A DNA stretch of 64,000 nucleotides from contig CM052817.1 of NCBI GenBank assembly GCA_028534125.1, forward strand, positions 3,784,001 to 3,848,000, given 5' to 3'. Shown piece by piece: positions 12,485-26,480 of the stretch; position 1 is the stretch's first letter; each line of letters begins with the position of its first letter. The notes under the pieces are model-generated. The model saw only the letters and a list, made by a program, of their open reading frames with translations. It was not told the DNA's origin and did not search any database. A program made the position numbers and the translations under genes. The DNA comes from Lama glama. Its lineage: Eukaryota.

Positions 12485-14719
12485 GACTTCCAAACATTCC
12501 TGTGTTCAGACCCACCCTGCACATGGAAGTCCGTCTACAGTTTTTCAGATCTCATACTTTAATGTCTAAAGCAGAGCTAGGCACTGATGGAATGATTACT
12601 GGTGACCATTCCCTGAGAATAAGGGATCAATTCCATACTTTACTGAGTGGAAGTTTTTAAAAGCCTTTTTAAAATTTAGAACTAAATTAAGGTTGAGTCA
12701 TTAAACAAAAGAGCACCAATGAGATAACTGAGAATATACAGCAAGGTTCATAAACTCGTGCCTCAGTGGCCAGGGAAGTAACATAGACGTGTGACAACTA
12801 GGTCTAATGCAACAGGAAGCAGTGGTGCACGTGGCTATGAGGATGGAATAAACACCCCTGGCCATTCAAAGATAAAAAAAAATTTTTTTAATCCAAATTA
12901 AAAAAAGGCTGTCTCTGTCAAGGCACCTGCACGAGGGCTGTGATTCCCAACCTAAACACACGGGGGTCTACGAAAATCCACTCACTGGCCTGCCCCCAGC
13001 CTGGACTTGTGCTTGCTCTCTAGAACATGGTACAGAGGAGGAGAGGTGTCTCCAGTGGATACACGTTGTCTGCATGCCTACCACAGGCCAGGGAGGAAGA
13101 GACCTACGTCCTCTTGGAATGATGGACAAAACACAGTTAAAGTCTGTCATAAGAAGTAGAAGATGTCAACCTCTGTTACAAGCAATGACCAAACAGCTTG
13201 ATTAAACAAAACTCAGAAAAGCGCAGCTCTGCTTTGCCTCACTCTTTAGCAGGGCTACGGTCTGGAGAGCATCACCTGGACAGGGCAGAGATGCCCGGGT
13301 CGCATAAAAGCTGGACAAGGTATTCAATGTCTCTGAGCCTCCGTTTCATCATCTACAGAAGAAAATACTTCAACTTGAATATTCAAGTCCTTCAACCTTC
13401 CTGGTTTCTGGTAGCGTCCTGGTGATTTAGGCAGACCATATTTTTAATGTATGCAGACAAATGTCCTGTTTCTAACTTTAATTTGGAGGTGGCAGTTTCT
13501 CTTCCCGTCAGATATCTCTGTTCCTCCTGAAACAACCAAACTTCCTGAAGGAGATTCAGGAAAAGGAGCTTGGAAGGCTCCAGGCTCACTGTCTGGATTC
13601 ACTGCTTGTCACACCTCACTGGGGGACTGACAAGAATAGCCAAGTTCCTCAAAGCAGAACTTAGAATGGTTATTCTTAATCCAGGAAGCATGAACTCTTA
13701 AGGAGGCTACCAGTGGGCACATAAGAAAAGTTTATGTGTATCTTTCAGGTTAGGTCTGTAGCTTTCATCAGATATTCAGGTCTGTGGTGATGCCAAAATG
13801 GTGGGAAAAAACCAACAACTGACTTTAATGTAGCAGCTGATGCCTAAGGATAGACTCTGCAGAAAGCACGGCACATACACGAGAACATTCCTTCCGGCGC
13901 TCTTTATAACAAGCAAAACTGGGAAACAACTGAAAGGTCCGTTACCAGGGGAATAAACAGCTTTACGGTGTTACAATGGACAACTATTTAGCAGTGAAAA
14001 GAAATTATAAGATCACACTGTCAACACAGATCAATCTTTAAAAATGTTAACTAAAAGAAGCAAGTTGTAAAATACAGTATGATACTACTCAAGTAAAGTT
14101 AACATGCAAAATAGTCTCACATTTGTGTATCTCCTCAAATACCATTTGGTAAAAGTATAAAGGCGCACGCGGGAGAGAAGCACCAGTTCATAGCAGTGGG
14201 AACCTTGGAGAGCGGCGCAGAGAAGCACCGTCAGGAAAGGGTGCGGGGCCGAGCCACGCTGTGAGTGTTTCCCAGGCCGCATGCATGGGTGTGCACTGCT
14301 GTGTCTCTGCACCTGCTCCGTGTCTGCCTGTCCACCTCCCGTACCGGGTCGCTCACAGCCCACACCATAACCCCACATATACCTCTTTTTATGCCCTTTT
14401 GCTCACCTCACTCTCAGATTTTTATAGCAGCCCCTCCCCCTGGTTTCCTTTTTCATACCCTCACTTTCAGCATTTGATAGTTCAGGAAATTTCCTATAAA
14501 AATCCCAATTTTCTACCTTTTCTAAGAGAGAAGACCTGGCATCACCAGGACAGCACTCGCCACGGTAACCACCAGTGAGCGCCAGGGCGGGCCTGGGCCC
14601 TGCGGTTCACCACAGGCCTCCCCTCTCCCTCCCGTCTTACTCACTTAGCTTCCTGCTCAGCCCCGGGAGACCATGAGCCAGCGAGCTCTGGTGAGATAAA
14701 CAAGCAAGGGGTCTGTTAT

Positions 14720-15420
14720 TTAACCTCCTCCCCAAACCACCCACCCATCAGCCCGACATGCATATCCAACTGTGTTTTCAGCATCTCCACTGCACTCTCC
14801 TGGGCACCTCACATTCAAATCTTAATTCAGACCCATCCACCTGCAAATTAGTGTTCCATCCCTAGTTTCCTTTTCCTCAGTAAATGAAAATCCCATTCTT
14901 GCAGCTGCTCAGCCCCAAAACCCTGGCTATCCGCCTCAACCCTGCCCCTTTCCTCCACCTCACGTCCATCCTGTCAGTTCCAACTTCAAAACAGATTTGG
15001 AATCTAACCAGGTCCCATCCTTACCGACCCTCTGGTCTGATATGATGGATCCTTAGCTGCTCTCCCTGCATCTGCCTCGGCCACTCCAACCAGTCTTCCT
15101 GCAGCGGCCAGCGGGGCCCTTACATTACCCCTACTCCAAACTCTCCAATATTCGTGGTTTCTCAGAGGAAACGCCAAAGTCCTCAAAAGGGCCTCGAGGC
15201 TCCCCTGAGTGCTCCCGCTCCATCCACGCCCGAGGAGATAGGCCTGGGCTTCCCAGAGCAGGGCTGGCTGTGACAACACAGCAATTGTGAGCCTTCCCAG
15301 CTTTAATAACGTGGCTTCTCAGAGGGCTGGCCTGTAGAGGGCGCACAGCATCACCTCGTACAATGTACACAGAGCACCAGACAGGTACCACACACATTAA
15401 GTGCTCAATAAAGATTATCA
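14720..15420 (+). mobile_element. LINE-2 remnant
   Basis: cccattcttgcagctgctcagccccaaaacc... and terminal aagtgctcaataaa. Confidence 0.6.
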
Positions 15421-18400
15421 CTGTCTGATGCTCTAATTATCCAGAATGAATTAAGCTCTAACATCAGCATGCAAAGAAACAAGATGTATGGTCAAAATCA
15501 GCCCTGAAAGTACTCCCATGAACTACTTTACATGGTTTTTGTACATACAACCCTGCACAGCAGATAAACAACACATACACGAAATACTAAGATGTACTGT
15601 GTACTTTAACTGGCAGAAAGAATTTTACCGGCAGGCTTAGCTGAATGTGAAGATATGAGCAACTAGAGTAAGACTCCACTGTACCTGGAGCATAAGTCCT
15701 CTGTAAGGCTCTCTACAGAACCACAGGTGGAGTCAGCTACCCAGGGTATGCAGCAGCGCTGTTACTTTTCAAAACTAACTTAACCAAAACAAGTTATCAT
15801 TGCATCCTAACTTCATTTACTCCCCGAACAGGGCCTTGTTGAGTTTCTGATATTCTTCCAAAGTGGAAGATGAAATCCTAGCTTTGATTCAGTTTTAAGT
15901 AGCTCAGTTAAAAATATATATATATATATAACTAATTATTAAAAATAAAACAAAACCAAACAACATAAAAAGCTTGAACTTTGGGGATAGAGAAAACAGA
16001 ACCAAATAAACTTGAGGAGTCAGAAAGCAACAGCTGGCACAGTTCAACTTTGTTTCATGTTTTTAAAAGGGAGGAGAGGTCTGGATGCACACGCCATGTC
16101 CACTGACAACAGAAACAAATCAGCTTAGGATAACCTTCCGTATCTATAAAGTGCCCCATCACTGCGTCCCAGCCCCACTCCTCTCTACAGGCCCCATTAC
16201 TAACTGCACTCAAAGCAAGTGCAAAATGTTATAGAAAACGAGCACCCTGAGAATTACCTCTTATCTGCATGTGTGAATGAAGAGCATTAGAAAGGCAGTT
16301 TCAGCTGGGACCTAACAATGAGGCCCATCGAAGGTCATGATGCCCTGGAGGGATAAACAACCACCACCCGCAGGTCTTCACAGGTGCCGCCAACGTACAA
16401 AATAAAAATTCGACATAACTGAGCTTCCATGTGGTTTTGGCAACATTTCTCAGATAAAATATTGACCTGAGCAGGTCAAGAGACGTGCTGTAATGTGGGG
16501 CATAACCTGATGCAAGAATTACGTGGAGGCACAGAGTCACATCACAGGTACATGAAAGGGAAGTCAGCCATTCTACTCACACCACGACGCGGTGAGGAGT
16601 CTGATACCTTGGGGATGCTTTTATAGAAACAGCTAACACTGCAGCTGTGACAGTCTCACACACACACACAGGAAAGTAACGAGAAAAGAATTCGTCTTAT
16701 GTAATACATAACATCACCTCTACTTACCTGGCCAGCAGAGTGAGAGCCTATGTTACAGCCATGTGATTATGTCATTCACATTTTAACCAATTAGATTGTA
16801 AACTTATTAGTGGCTTTGGGTTCTGAGCAGTTTGTAGTGACTACACAGAGCTGCACTAAGAAGAGCTCTTAGTTGCCACTAGAACTGGGTGGGAAAGCAA
16901 AGCACAGAACCACGAGCACTGCCATCCTCAGCGTTTAGCAGACGAACACCACACTATACACAGACATCCACTGTGGTCAAAATATAAAACAGAACTTTGG
17001 CATTACAATTTCCTATGTAGGGCCTTCCTTGCTCCTTTCTTTTCACCGGAGCCACCAGACATTCTAGAAAGAAAAGCCAGGGGACACACAAATAGCCCAC
17101 AGTTCATAAATGACCACACTGATTCCTTTCTATGGTTACAGGCCATAATTTAAGAGGGTTCTTTTCAACTTCTTTCCATTGGCTCCCCAAGAACCCGACG
17201 AGCTGGCTTACAGGGCCTGTGCACCGATGTACAAACAGCAGGTGGCTCAGGTACGGGGCTCTGGGCTTGAAGACTTCCTACTTCCTTTTCATTCTGTCCC
17301 CAAGCACTCGGTTGAGTTCCTGGTGTATGCCTGGCACATTCACTTCCTCAGCCAACTTTAATTCGATAAGATTAAAAAACAATCACTATTAGGAAAAAGC
17401 AATGCAATCATTTGCCATAAAATGAGAAGGACAGAGTAAGACACGACAAATAGACTTCATTGCGCTTGTAAACAAAAATCTTGCCTTTGACAGCCAGGCA
17501 AAGGAAAGCATTTTCCAAAGGAGCAACTCAGAGAATCAAAGATCTTTGCAACCCACTCTCCTTCCCTGTGCTGTTTCTACCCAACACCAAGCTCCTGTCT
17601 GCACACAGCCTGCTTGGCTAGGATGGATTACACACACTCAGCAGGCTGCAGGAGGAGCCGGGTCTTGCACTGCACTAGGACAAGGTATCCTGTGCTCCCT
17701 ACTCTTCCACAGCTGGCTTCAGCTGTCCTTGTTTTTCACTCCGCTTCACCATGAGTCGAAGGCTAGAGTCATTTCTCAGCAACTTTGGTCTAAGGCAGAA
17801 ATAAGATCCTGTCCCAGATTGAAACTCCCTACTCATATTTTCCTCCCAACCATGACTCAGCAGCAGCTTCTCTGGACTGTACTCAAAGAATTTACCTGAA
17901 CTAACCTCTCACTTTTAAAAAACATCTGCATTCTGAATTCCTTTAAAAGCTCCAAATTCCTTTACCAATCTATTACTCCCTTCAGTGTCCCCCAGAAGAC
18001 ACCTTTTGGGTAACTGTCCAACCACCCTCTTTTCTCTGAGGACTGCCTGTCACTGCTGAAAGGGTGGACCTCCAAGCAACTCTGTCCCCTCACCACAGCT
18101 TATCAAACCTGGGGTGGACACCTGGTCTAAGCCTAGCCAATCAGATTCTCCCTCTAACTGGATGGGGTTGGGTTCTACACTTGAGCAGTCATGCTGAGCC
18201 AGGGCTAGAATGGTTGTTTTCTCACCATGTGTGTGCTGAAGCGGAGAAAGCCAGACTTCAGGAAGAGAGGGAGTGACTCAGAAACAGAGAGAAGCAATGG
18301 GAGACTGTGGGTCATCAGAGAAAATGACTGGCTGCTAATCATTGCGCTCCCAGTTCAGGTTGCTCCCGAGGCTGCTGCAGTTCCAGCACTTCGTTTCAGT

Positions 18401-18580
18401 GAGGTATCCTGTATCCTTTATGTATATTTCCATTTTTTTCTTAAACTAGGTTACGTATGTTCCTACTCTTTGTAACAAAAAGGTACCCAAGACAATTATA
18501 TGAGCAGTAACTTCCACATTCCTATCCCACAGTCTATGAGGCAGCCACTTCAAGAAATCAGAAGTTAAAAAATCAAAGGG

Positions 18581-19205
18581 CCCAGGAATCCCGCTCTTGG
18601 GTATATCCAGAAGGAACCCTACTTCAAAATGACACCTGCACCCCAATGTTCATAGCAGCACTATTTATAACAGTCAAGACATGGAAATAGCCTAAATGTC
18701 CATCAACAGATGATTGGATAAAGAAGATGTGGTATATTTATACAACGGAATACTACTCAGCCATAAAAACTGACAACATAACGCCATTTGCAGCAACATG
18801 GATGTTCCTGGAGAATGTCATTCTAAGTGAAGTAAGCCACAAAGCGAAAGAAAAATACCATATGAGATTGCTCATATGTGGAATCTGAAAAAAAAAACAA
18901 ACAAAAACATAAATACAAAACAGAAACAGACTCATAGACTAGAATACAAACTTGTGGTTGCCAAGGGGGCAGGGGGTGGGATGGGACAGACTGGGATTTC
19001 AAAATGTAGAATAGATAAAAGATTGTACTGTATAGCACAGAGAAATAAATACAGGATCTTGTGGTGGCTCACAGCAAAAGCGAATGTGACAATGAATCTA
19101 TGAATGTTCACATATAACTGAAAAATTGTGCTCTACACTGGAATTTGACACAACATTGTAAAATAACTGTAACTCAATAAAAATAAATAACTATCTCGCA
19201 AAAAA
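18581..19205 (+). mobile_element. 5'-truncated, relatively young LINE-1 (ORF2 end + 3' UTR)
   Basis: ORF2 C-terminal remnant (PMFIAALF..TWK..KCPSTDDWIKKMWYIYT), AATAAA, poly(A); 14-bp TSD aaaaaatcaaaggg at 18567-18580 and 19206-19219. Confidence 0.92.
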
Positions 19206-19953
19206 AAAAAATCAAAGGGGTGGGGGAAAGGAAAATGGTGGGAAGAGGAAAAAGGACAGGATGAAAAGGGGCGACTCTTTGGAAACTGAGGTTCAATTCA
19301 GTTCAAGAGAAATTGAGTACCTTTTACACAATCGGCGCTCACTGCTAGGCACTGGGAGCTGCAAAGATGGGTAACTCACAGTCCTGGCCCCCAAGGAGCA
19401 CAGTGGAGGGAAGACAGGAGGTGGGGCGTGCACGAGGTTCCGTGTGCACGGGCCCGGGAGCTGGGCTCCTGCAGACAGCGCTGAGCAGGATGAGAACGCA
19501 GAGCTGGGAAGGGCTGCACAGGCTTTAAGGCGTGTGTGACAGGTGGCAGTCAGACAGAATAAACTTCTGCAGATTACCACATGCAGCAAAGCTGCTTACT
19601 CCAACATGAGGCCATTAGATATTTAGTTTAGGAAGGAAGTTTGCAGAGGTGGGAAGCCTCTCTAGATACCTTGTGTGAATCTTCTCAATTTAACTTTACA
19701 TTATAAAGGTACTTAAAGCACACTATTTCAAACAGCACAGTGAAAGCAAAATAATTTTCTAAGTAGTTATGGTCTCAGAGATTATACCTTACAGTGAGTA
19801 ATTCAGTAAGAATTCATAGTATTCATTTAAAAAGGCAATTAAATTCTAAAACTATTGTTATTTCAGGATGCTGAAGGACATGAGAAATATTATATATGAA
19901 GTGTTAAGAGATCAATAAAATAATCTTACAATATTTTCTTAAAAACTAAAGCA

Positions 19954-20094
19954 GGGGAGGGTATAGCTCAGTGGTAAAGCACTTGCTTATTAGCACGCAC
20001 AAAGTCCTGGGTTCAATCCCCAGTACCTCTATTAAAATAAATAAAAATCTAATTACCTTCCCCCCAAAATCAGAATTAAAAAAAAGAAGAAAAA
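19954..20094 (+). mobile_element. tRNA-derived SINE (camelid Vic-1-like)
   Basis: ggggagggtatagctcagtggt (A box) ... gggttcaatcccc (B box), A-rich tail; same family as three other copies in the window. Confidence 0.85.
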
Positions 20095-20524
20095 CCCCCA
20101 AATTATGAATCAAGCAAGCAGAGTGTTCTTAAATGTCAGAACTGCTATCTCAATTCTAGGAATATACCCAAAAGAAATAATATAGACCATGGAAAAAGCC
20201 ACCCATGAAAATATTCTAGACAGCATAACAAAAAGTCAAGAGCAAGCTACATATCCATTAATACAGAGTATATTAGACTGCTATTAGAATATTATTTGAT
20301 GAAATATAACTTAGCCACTAAAAAGAATAAAGATAATATAGTAACAAAATGAAATATATGTTAAATGGGAAAAATCTATATAATTTTTTATCCTGTAATT
20401 AAAAGTCCATAAAAAAATATAAAACTCAATATATAGATAGAAAAATGCTTTAAAAGAAGTGATAATGTTTATGTAGCAGTGGTAAGATAATGAGTAGTTT
20501 ATTTTTCTAAGTTTCTTTTTAATC

Positions 20525-20610
20525 AAGATGTAGTAACTTACAATGAAAAAGAACATGAAAACAAATATATGTATGTATGACCAAAACATCATGCTGTACA
20601 CCAAAAACTG
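20525..20610 (+). mobile_element. Short LINE-1 3' UTR fragment next to the second coding exon donor
   Basis: aatgaaaaagaacatgaaaac...atgctgtacacca matches L1 3' ends at about 32000 and 59710. Confidence 0.65.
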
Positions 20611-20659
20611 ATGTCCCTCCTTTTTCTCCCCAAGTATTAGAAATCAAAGGGAAACTTAC

Positions 20660-20797
20660 TTCATCAGAAGCAGATCGAAGACACTGGACAGCAGCCTGCT
20701 TTTTCATCTCTTCTAGAGTTAGGTCTGAGCACTTTTTCTTACTCTTTCCCCATTTCTTATAAGCTCCTTTTTCCCAGCCCAGGAAGATGTCATTCTC
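20660..20797 (-). CDS. KIAA0232: KIAA0232 second coding exon (138 nt, phase 0-0)
   Basis: ttattctag|GAG AAT GAC ... GAT GAA|gtaagt; translates ENDIFLGWEKGAYKKWGKSKKKCSDLTLEEMKKQAAVQCLRSASDE in frame with the previous exon. Confidence 0.96.
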
Positions 20798-23448
20798 CTA
20801 GAATAAGATTGTACAAGTTTCAATGACCAACACTAAATAACAAACTTCAAACACTTATTATTTCCCACATACTTACACACATTCCCCTACCAAATATTTT
20901 CATTTACAACAGTAGGTACACACTAATAAACTGAGAGACCACAGAACACCGTCAGCCAGAGCACTTCAGCGTAGGTAATCCATTGGTTTGGTTATCTATT
21001 ATTGAGATTATTATAAGATTATTATTTAGGATTTATGATCTCAATAACTGACCCACTTATGTTTATAGTAAATGCTCATAAATAATTCAGACATTTATAT
21101 GTAAATTCAAGTATTATCATTTAAATTTCAGCATAAATTCTAAACTTCATACACAATTAAATGTCCTCTCTTCTGTACTTCCTACTCTTTAATAATGTGT
21201 TCATATTCTATCAGATTTTAACATTTAACAGTTGAACGGCTCACTCCTATCTCTGTATCTTAGTCTAAAAATCAACAGATATAAAATATTTTATATTAGT
21301 ATTTTAAGCTTATTTTCCCCTTGATTGTATATGCCTGTCATAAAAACTAAGGAAAATTTGAAAAGCAGGAAGAAAGCAAATCATCCAAGATCCTACCACC
21401 CAGCAAAAATTAGAACAATTTGGTCTGTTTCATTTGGTCTTTTTCATCTGCTCTAAAAAAACACATAGTTGAATTCACACTATTTGTACAATTTTGATTT
21501 AACTTCTACTGTAAACATTCCCCTTATGTTACTACAAATTCTTTTACTATATAATATTCCAAGATGTAGGCTTAGCTATTTCCCTAGACTGAGATTTTAG
21601 TATTTTTAATTGCTTTGCTACTTCATTTTGCCTTTTAAAAAGCGTTTCATTCGGTAAATTAAGATTAAAACCAGTGGACAGACAACAAGGAAAAAAAAAC
21701 ATTAGAAAGAAAGACAATAGCAAAATTAAGAAAATTACTTGGAAGAGTATTTGGCCTACAGTGGGCCCTCAGGAAAGATACAAATGAACGAATGAGATGG
21801 AATAAAGCAGCAGCATAATAATAATTAAAAGAACTTTTAGGATCAAGTCAGATACCATCAACTGTCTAGCCAATTTTAATTTTGTTCAAATACACAAAAA
21901 TTACTTTCATGCCACCAAAGAGTGAGAGAAGGATCTCTCTCTCTAAACTCATCATAATTGACATGCTTTTTACTTAACTTCTTGGGCATGTTTGTAGATC
22001 CTCATGAACCCAAAAAACATTTTCTGGCTGAGTGGTGTCAATTCCATTTTCCAAGGGAAAATGTGTCTGATGGCCAAGTAAGACCTATCAGTATATCTCC
22101 ACTTAGCTAACGTGTTCGGCTGGATGGCAACTGAAACCTGCCATTTCTTACTATCGGTATCTTCTAGAGATAGGGCTTGTCCTTTACCAGGAACAGAGGA
22201 CAGAAGCATAACAATGTAGATTTGAAGCTTCTGAAGGCAGAGAAAAATGTTGTAATTTTCCTCTATTGTTCACAGTGTACAAAACAAAGAAGGTAGAAAA
22301 GTTGTGTAATTACTGAAAACAAGACTCCATTCTGTTTGAATTGCTGAGATTGGCTCTTTCTCCTCACGGAGCATTATAAACGTGCTTTTCTACTGAAGCT
22401 GTACTAAAGCTCAGCAGAGTTAAAATACACATTCAAAGGTCCAAATAAAGTTTTATTATATGGACAGAAGGGACTTCCAAAATTCACATGGACACAAAGT
22501 CCTTCTGGAGGGCAGTCTGACAATGTAAATCTAAAATCTTAAACATGTGTATGTACTTTTGACCAATAATTCTACTTCTGGGAATTTATCCTAAGGAAAA
22601 AAAAATCCGCAAAGTGTGCACAGATTTAGCTACAGTGATGTTAATCATACAGCTGTCAATAACAGCAAACATGTTGAAACCTAAATGTCAGCTGAGGGTG
22701 TGGCTAACTAAGCTACGCTATGTCCAGGCAATAAGACATTACAGCCATCAGAGATTATGAAGTATATTTACTAACAGAGAGAGCTATGCACAATATACAT
22801 AAGAGAAGTAGTTTATACCACAGTATGATCTCATTTTTGGTGCACACACACACTGACTACCATGCATTAAAATGTCTTGAGAGAAATGTACTAAGGGCCA
22901 CCAAGGAGCTCGTCTCTTGGTGAGCAGGAATAGGATACCTTAATTTTTCTTATAATTCAGTCATACTTCTTTAACAGTCAAAAGCTGTTGTTTGTTTTAA
23001 TGAAAACCTTGTAAGTCAAGAAGAGAAACGAGAAGAGTTCCTGTCCTCTCCACCTAGACAGGTATGTCGCACTCGCTTTGTTTGCTGTCCAGCATCTCTG
23101 TTTACACGTGGATATGGATTCATGCATTCATCCAGCAACCATGTCAGTGTCTTCTTTGTGGCACTAGGGGTTATAACAATGACTACAACACAGTCCCTGG
23201 ACACCACAGTCCACTGTGGAATAAAGACCTGGAAGCAAACAACTGTGGCACAGTCACTAGGATTACAGAAGTCTGCAGAAAGCACTTAGGAAACACCAAA
23301 GAGCCACACTCTATTCTTGGCCTGGTTGGTCGGCAAAGGCTTCCTACAGAAGGAGGAAGGGTCACTGAAGCAGAGTCTCAAAGAGTGAACACAAGTTCGG
23401 GCCAGGGTGAGAGGGGAAGACTAGGCAGAAGAAACACCGTGCCGAAGC

Positions 23449-23745
23449 AAGGGATAGCAAACTTCTCCTCTAAGGGCCAGAGAGTAAATATTTTAACTTT
23501 ATAGGCCAAGAGACAAATTAAGGATTCAATATAGGTACTTTTACCAAAAAAAGAGAAAACAAATTTTCACAATTATTTATTGCTAGAATCCAGAATATAA
23601 TTCAGTATAATTTTTAATACAGGTCTACTAATGAGAAGAATGGAATTCTTTTGTGGGGGGGTGTGAGATAATAATGCTTAATTGGGGTTCAAATTAAGTG
23701 TTCTCTATCATCAAAATCAATTATGTTTATCTGTTTATGCTCATT
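23449..23745. mobile_element. hAT-Charlie element end (MER58-family-like)
   Basis: gcaaactt...taagggccagagagtaaatatttta is the MER58-type terminus. Confidence 0.6.
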
Positions 23746-23749
23746 TTTT

Positions 23750-26480
23750 AAATAACAGCTTTATAGACACAAAGTTGACATACCACAGAATTTACTTTTA
23801 ATGTATACATTTCAGTGGCTTTTAGTATAATTCAAAGGGTCATGCAACAATCACAAATATCTAATTTTAAAACTTTTTTCATCACCCCTAAAAGCAGCAC
23901 TGTACCCAGTAGCACTTACTTCCCATTCCTCTTCTCTCCAGAGTCACTGGTAAATACTAATCTGTTGTCTCTATGGATTTGCCTGTGCTGGACATGTCAT
24001 AAATTATACACGTACTTTTGTGCCTGGCTTCTTTTGCTTAGCATAATGTTCTAAAGGCTCATCCACGTTGTAGTATGTATCAGTACTTCACTTTCTTTTA
24101 TGACTAACAGTCCACTGCATGGATATACCACATTTTTTTAATCCATTCATCTACTAATGGATGCCTGAATTGCTCCTACATTTTGGCTACTGTCAGTACA
24201 TAATACTGCTATGAACATTCATATACAAGTTTTTTACGGACACATTTTCCATCTTGTTGGTACATCCCTAAGAGTGGTCCTGCTGGATCACATGGTAACT
24301 CTATGTTCAACCTTTTGAAGAGCTACCAGGCTATTTTTCAAAGCAGCTACACCATTTCACAATCACACCAGCAGTGTCTCAGGGTTCTAATTTCTCTACA
24401 TCCTCACCAACATTTGTTACTGTCTGTGTTTCTTATTTTAGCTCTAGCCGTCCTCGTGAAGATGAAGTGGTATCTCATCATGGTTTTGATTTCCCTAATG
24501 ACTAATGAAGTTGAGCATCTTTTCATGTGCTTATTGGCCATTTATGTATCTTCTCTGGACAAAAGTCTATTCAAATCTTTTTCCCATTTAAGAATTATCT
24601 ATTCTGAATACACATCCCATCTCAAATACATGATTTGCAAATATTTTATCTAGTTCTATGGGTTGGCTTTTCACTTTCTTGATGATGGCCTTTGAAGCAT
24701 GTTTTTCATTGTGATGAGTTTAATTTATTGATGTATTCTTTGACTGCTTGTGCTTTGGTTTCTTATCTAAGAAATCACTGCCTCCTCTAAGACACAAGGA
24801 TTTACTCTTCTCTTTAAGTTTTACAGTTTTAGCTCTTCCATCTACATCTATAATCCATTTTGAGTTAATATTTGTCTGTGGTATGACACAGGAGTCCATT
24901 CTTTTTACATGTGATTACCCTGCTGTCCCAGCACCTTTTGTTGAAGACTGTTCTTTTCCCCACAACCGGAATGGTCCTGCTGGAAACCAAGTGACCAAAA
25001 CTATAAAGGTTTATTTCTGGACTCTTAGTTCTGTTACATACATCTAGCCATATGTATGCCACTATCAAACTGTCTTGCTTACAGAAGCCCAGCAGTAAGT
25101 TTTAAAATTGGAAAGTGTGAGTCCTGCAAGATTTTTTTCTTTTTTAAAACTGAATTATAGTTGGTTTACAATGTTGTATCAATTTCTGGTGTACAGTATA
25201 ATGTTTCAGTCATACATACACATACATATATTTGTTTTCATATGCTTTTTTCATTATAGGTTACTATAAGATATTGACTATAGTTCCCTGTTATACAGAA
25301 GAAACTTGTATACTGATTTTATATATAGTAGTTAGTATCTGTGAATCTCAAACTCCCAATTTATCCCTTCTCATCCCATTTTCCCCTGGTAAATAAGTTT
25401 ATTTTCTATGTCTGTGAGTATGTTTCTATTTTGTAATTAAGTTCATTTGTGTCTCTTTTTTAAGATTCCACATATGAGTGACATCATATGGTATTTTTCT
25501 TTCTCTTTCTGGCTTACTTCACTTAGAATGATGATCTCCGGGTCTATCCATGTTGCTGCAAATAACATTTTATTCTTTTTTATGGCTGAGTAGTATTCCA
25601 TTGTCATCTGGTGATGAACATTTAGGTTGTTTCCACGTCTTGGCTATTGTAAATAGTTCTATGAACACTGGGGTTTATGTATCTTTTTGAGTTAGAGTTT
25701 CCTCCAGATGTATGCCAAGGAGTGGGATTGCTGGATCATATGGCAAGTCTATTTTCAGTTTTTTGAGCCATCTCCATACTGTTTTCCATAATGGCTGCAC
25801 CAAACTACATTCTCACCTTCAGTGTAGGAGGGCTCCCTTTTCTCCATACCCTCTCCAGCATTTATCGTTTGTGGACTTTCTAATGATGGCCATTCTGACT
25901 GGTGTGACGTGATCCCTCACTGTAGTTTTGATTTGCATTTCTCTGACAATTAGTGACATCGAGTTTTTCGTATGCCTATTGCCATTTGTATCTCTTCACT
26001 GCAGAATTGCTTATTTAGGTCTTCTGCCCACTTTTCCAACTTTGTTCTTAATTTCAAGATTCTCTTGGCTATCCTGGGTCCCTTTCATTTCCATATACGA
26101 ATTTTAGGATCAGCTCTCCAATTTCTGCAACAAAGGCAGCTGGGATTCTGATAGAGACTGCCTTGAATCAGTACATCAGTTTGGGGAGCACTGCGGTCTT
26201 AACAATATTGTCTTCTAATCATGAACATGGGCTGTTTTTCCATTTATTAGGTCTTCTTTGATTTCTGTCAATGATGTTGTTTAATATTTAGTATGCAAGT
26301 CTTGTATTCATGTTAACTTTATTTGTAAGTATTTTATTCTTTTGATACTATTGTAAATGGAATTTTCTTAATTTCATTCCTTGTAATTTTCTATATACAA
26401 CACCATGTCATATGTCAATAGGGACAGTTCTAGTTCTTTCTTTCCAATCTAGATTTTTTTTTTCCTTAGCTAACCTCCCT
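23750..26480 (-). mobile_element. Old LINE-1 (L1MB-like) 3' region, interrupted by a younger L1
   Basis: Typical reverse-strand L1M 3' UTR/ORF2 text; host sequence breaks near 25130 and resumes near 26036. Confidence 0.85.
25131..26035 (-). mobile_element. Younger LINE-1 3' end nested in the older L1
   Basis: T-run tail at 25132-25146; reverse complement of the L1 3' UTR/ORF2 end seen at 31250-32075. Confidence 0.85.

Noticed and set aside
16721..16740. tacttacctggc resembling the U1 snRNA 5' end
   Set aside because: Similarity stops after about 12 nt; it is simply the complement of a consensus 5' splice site.
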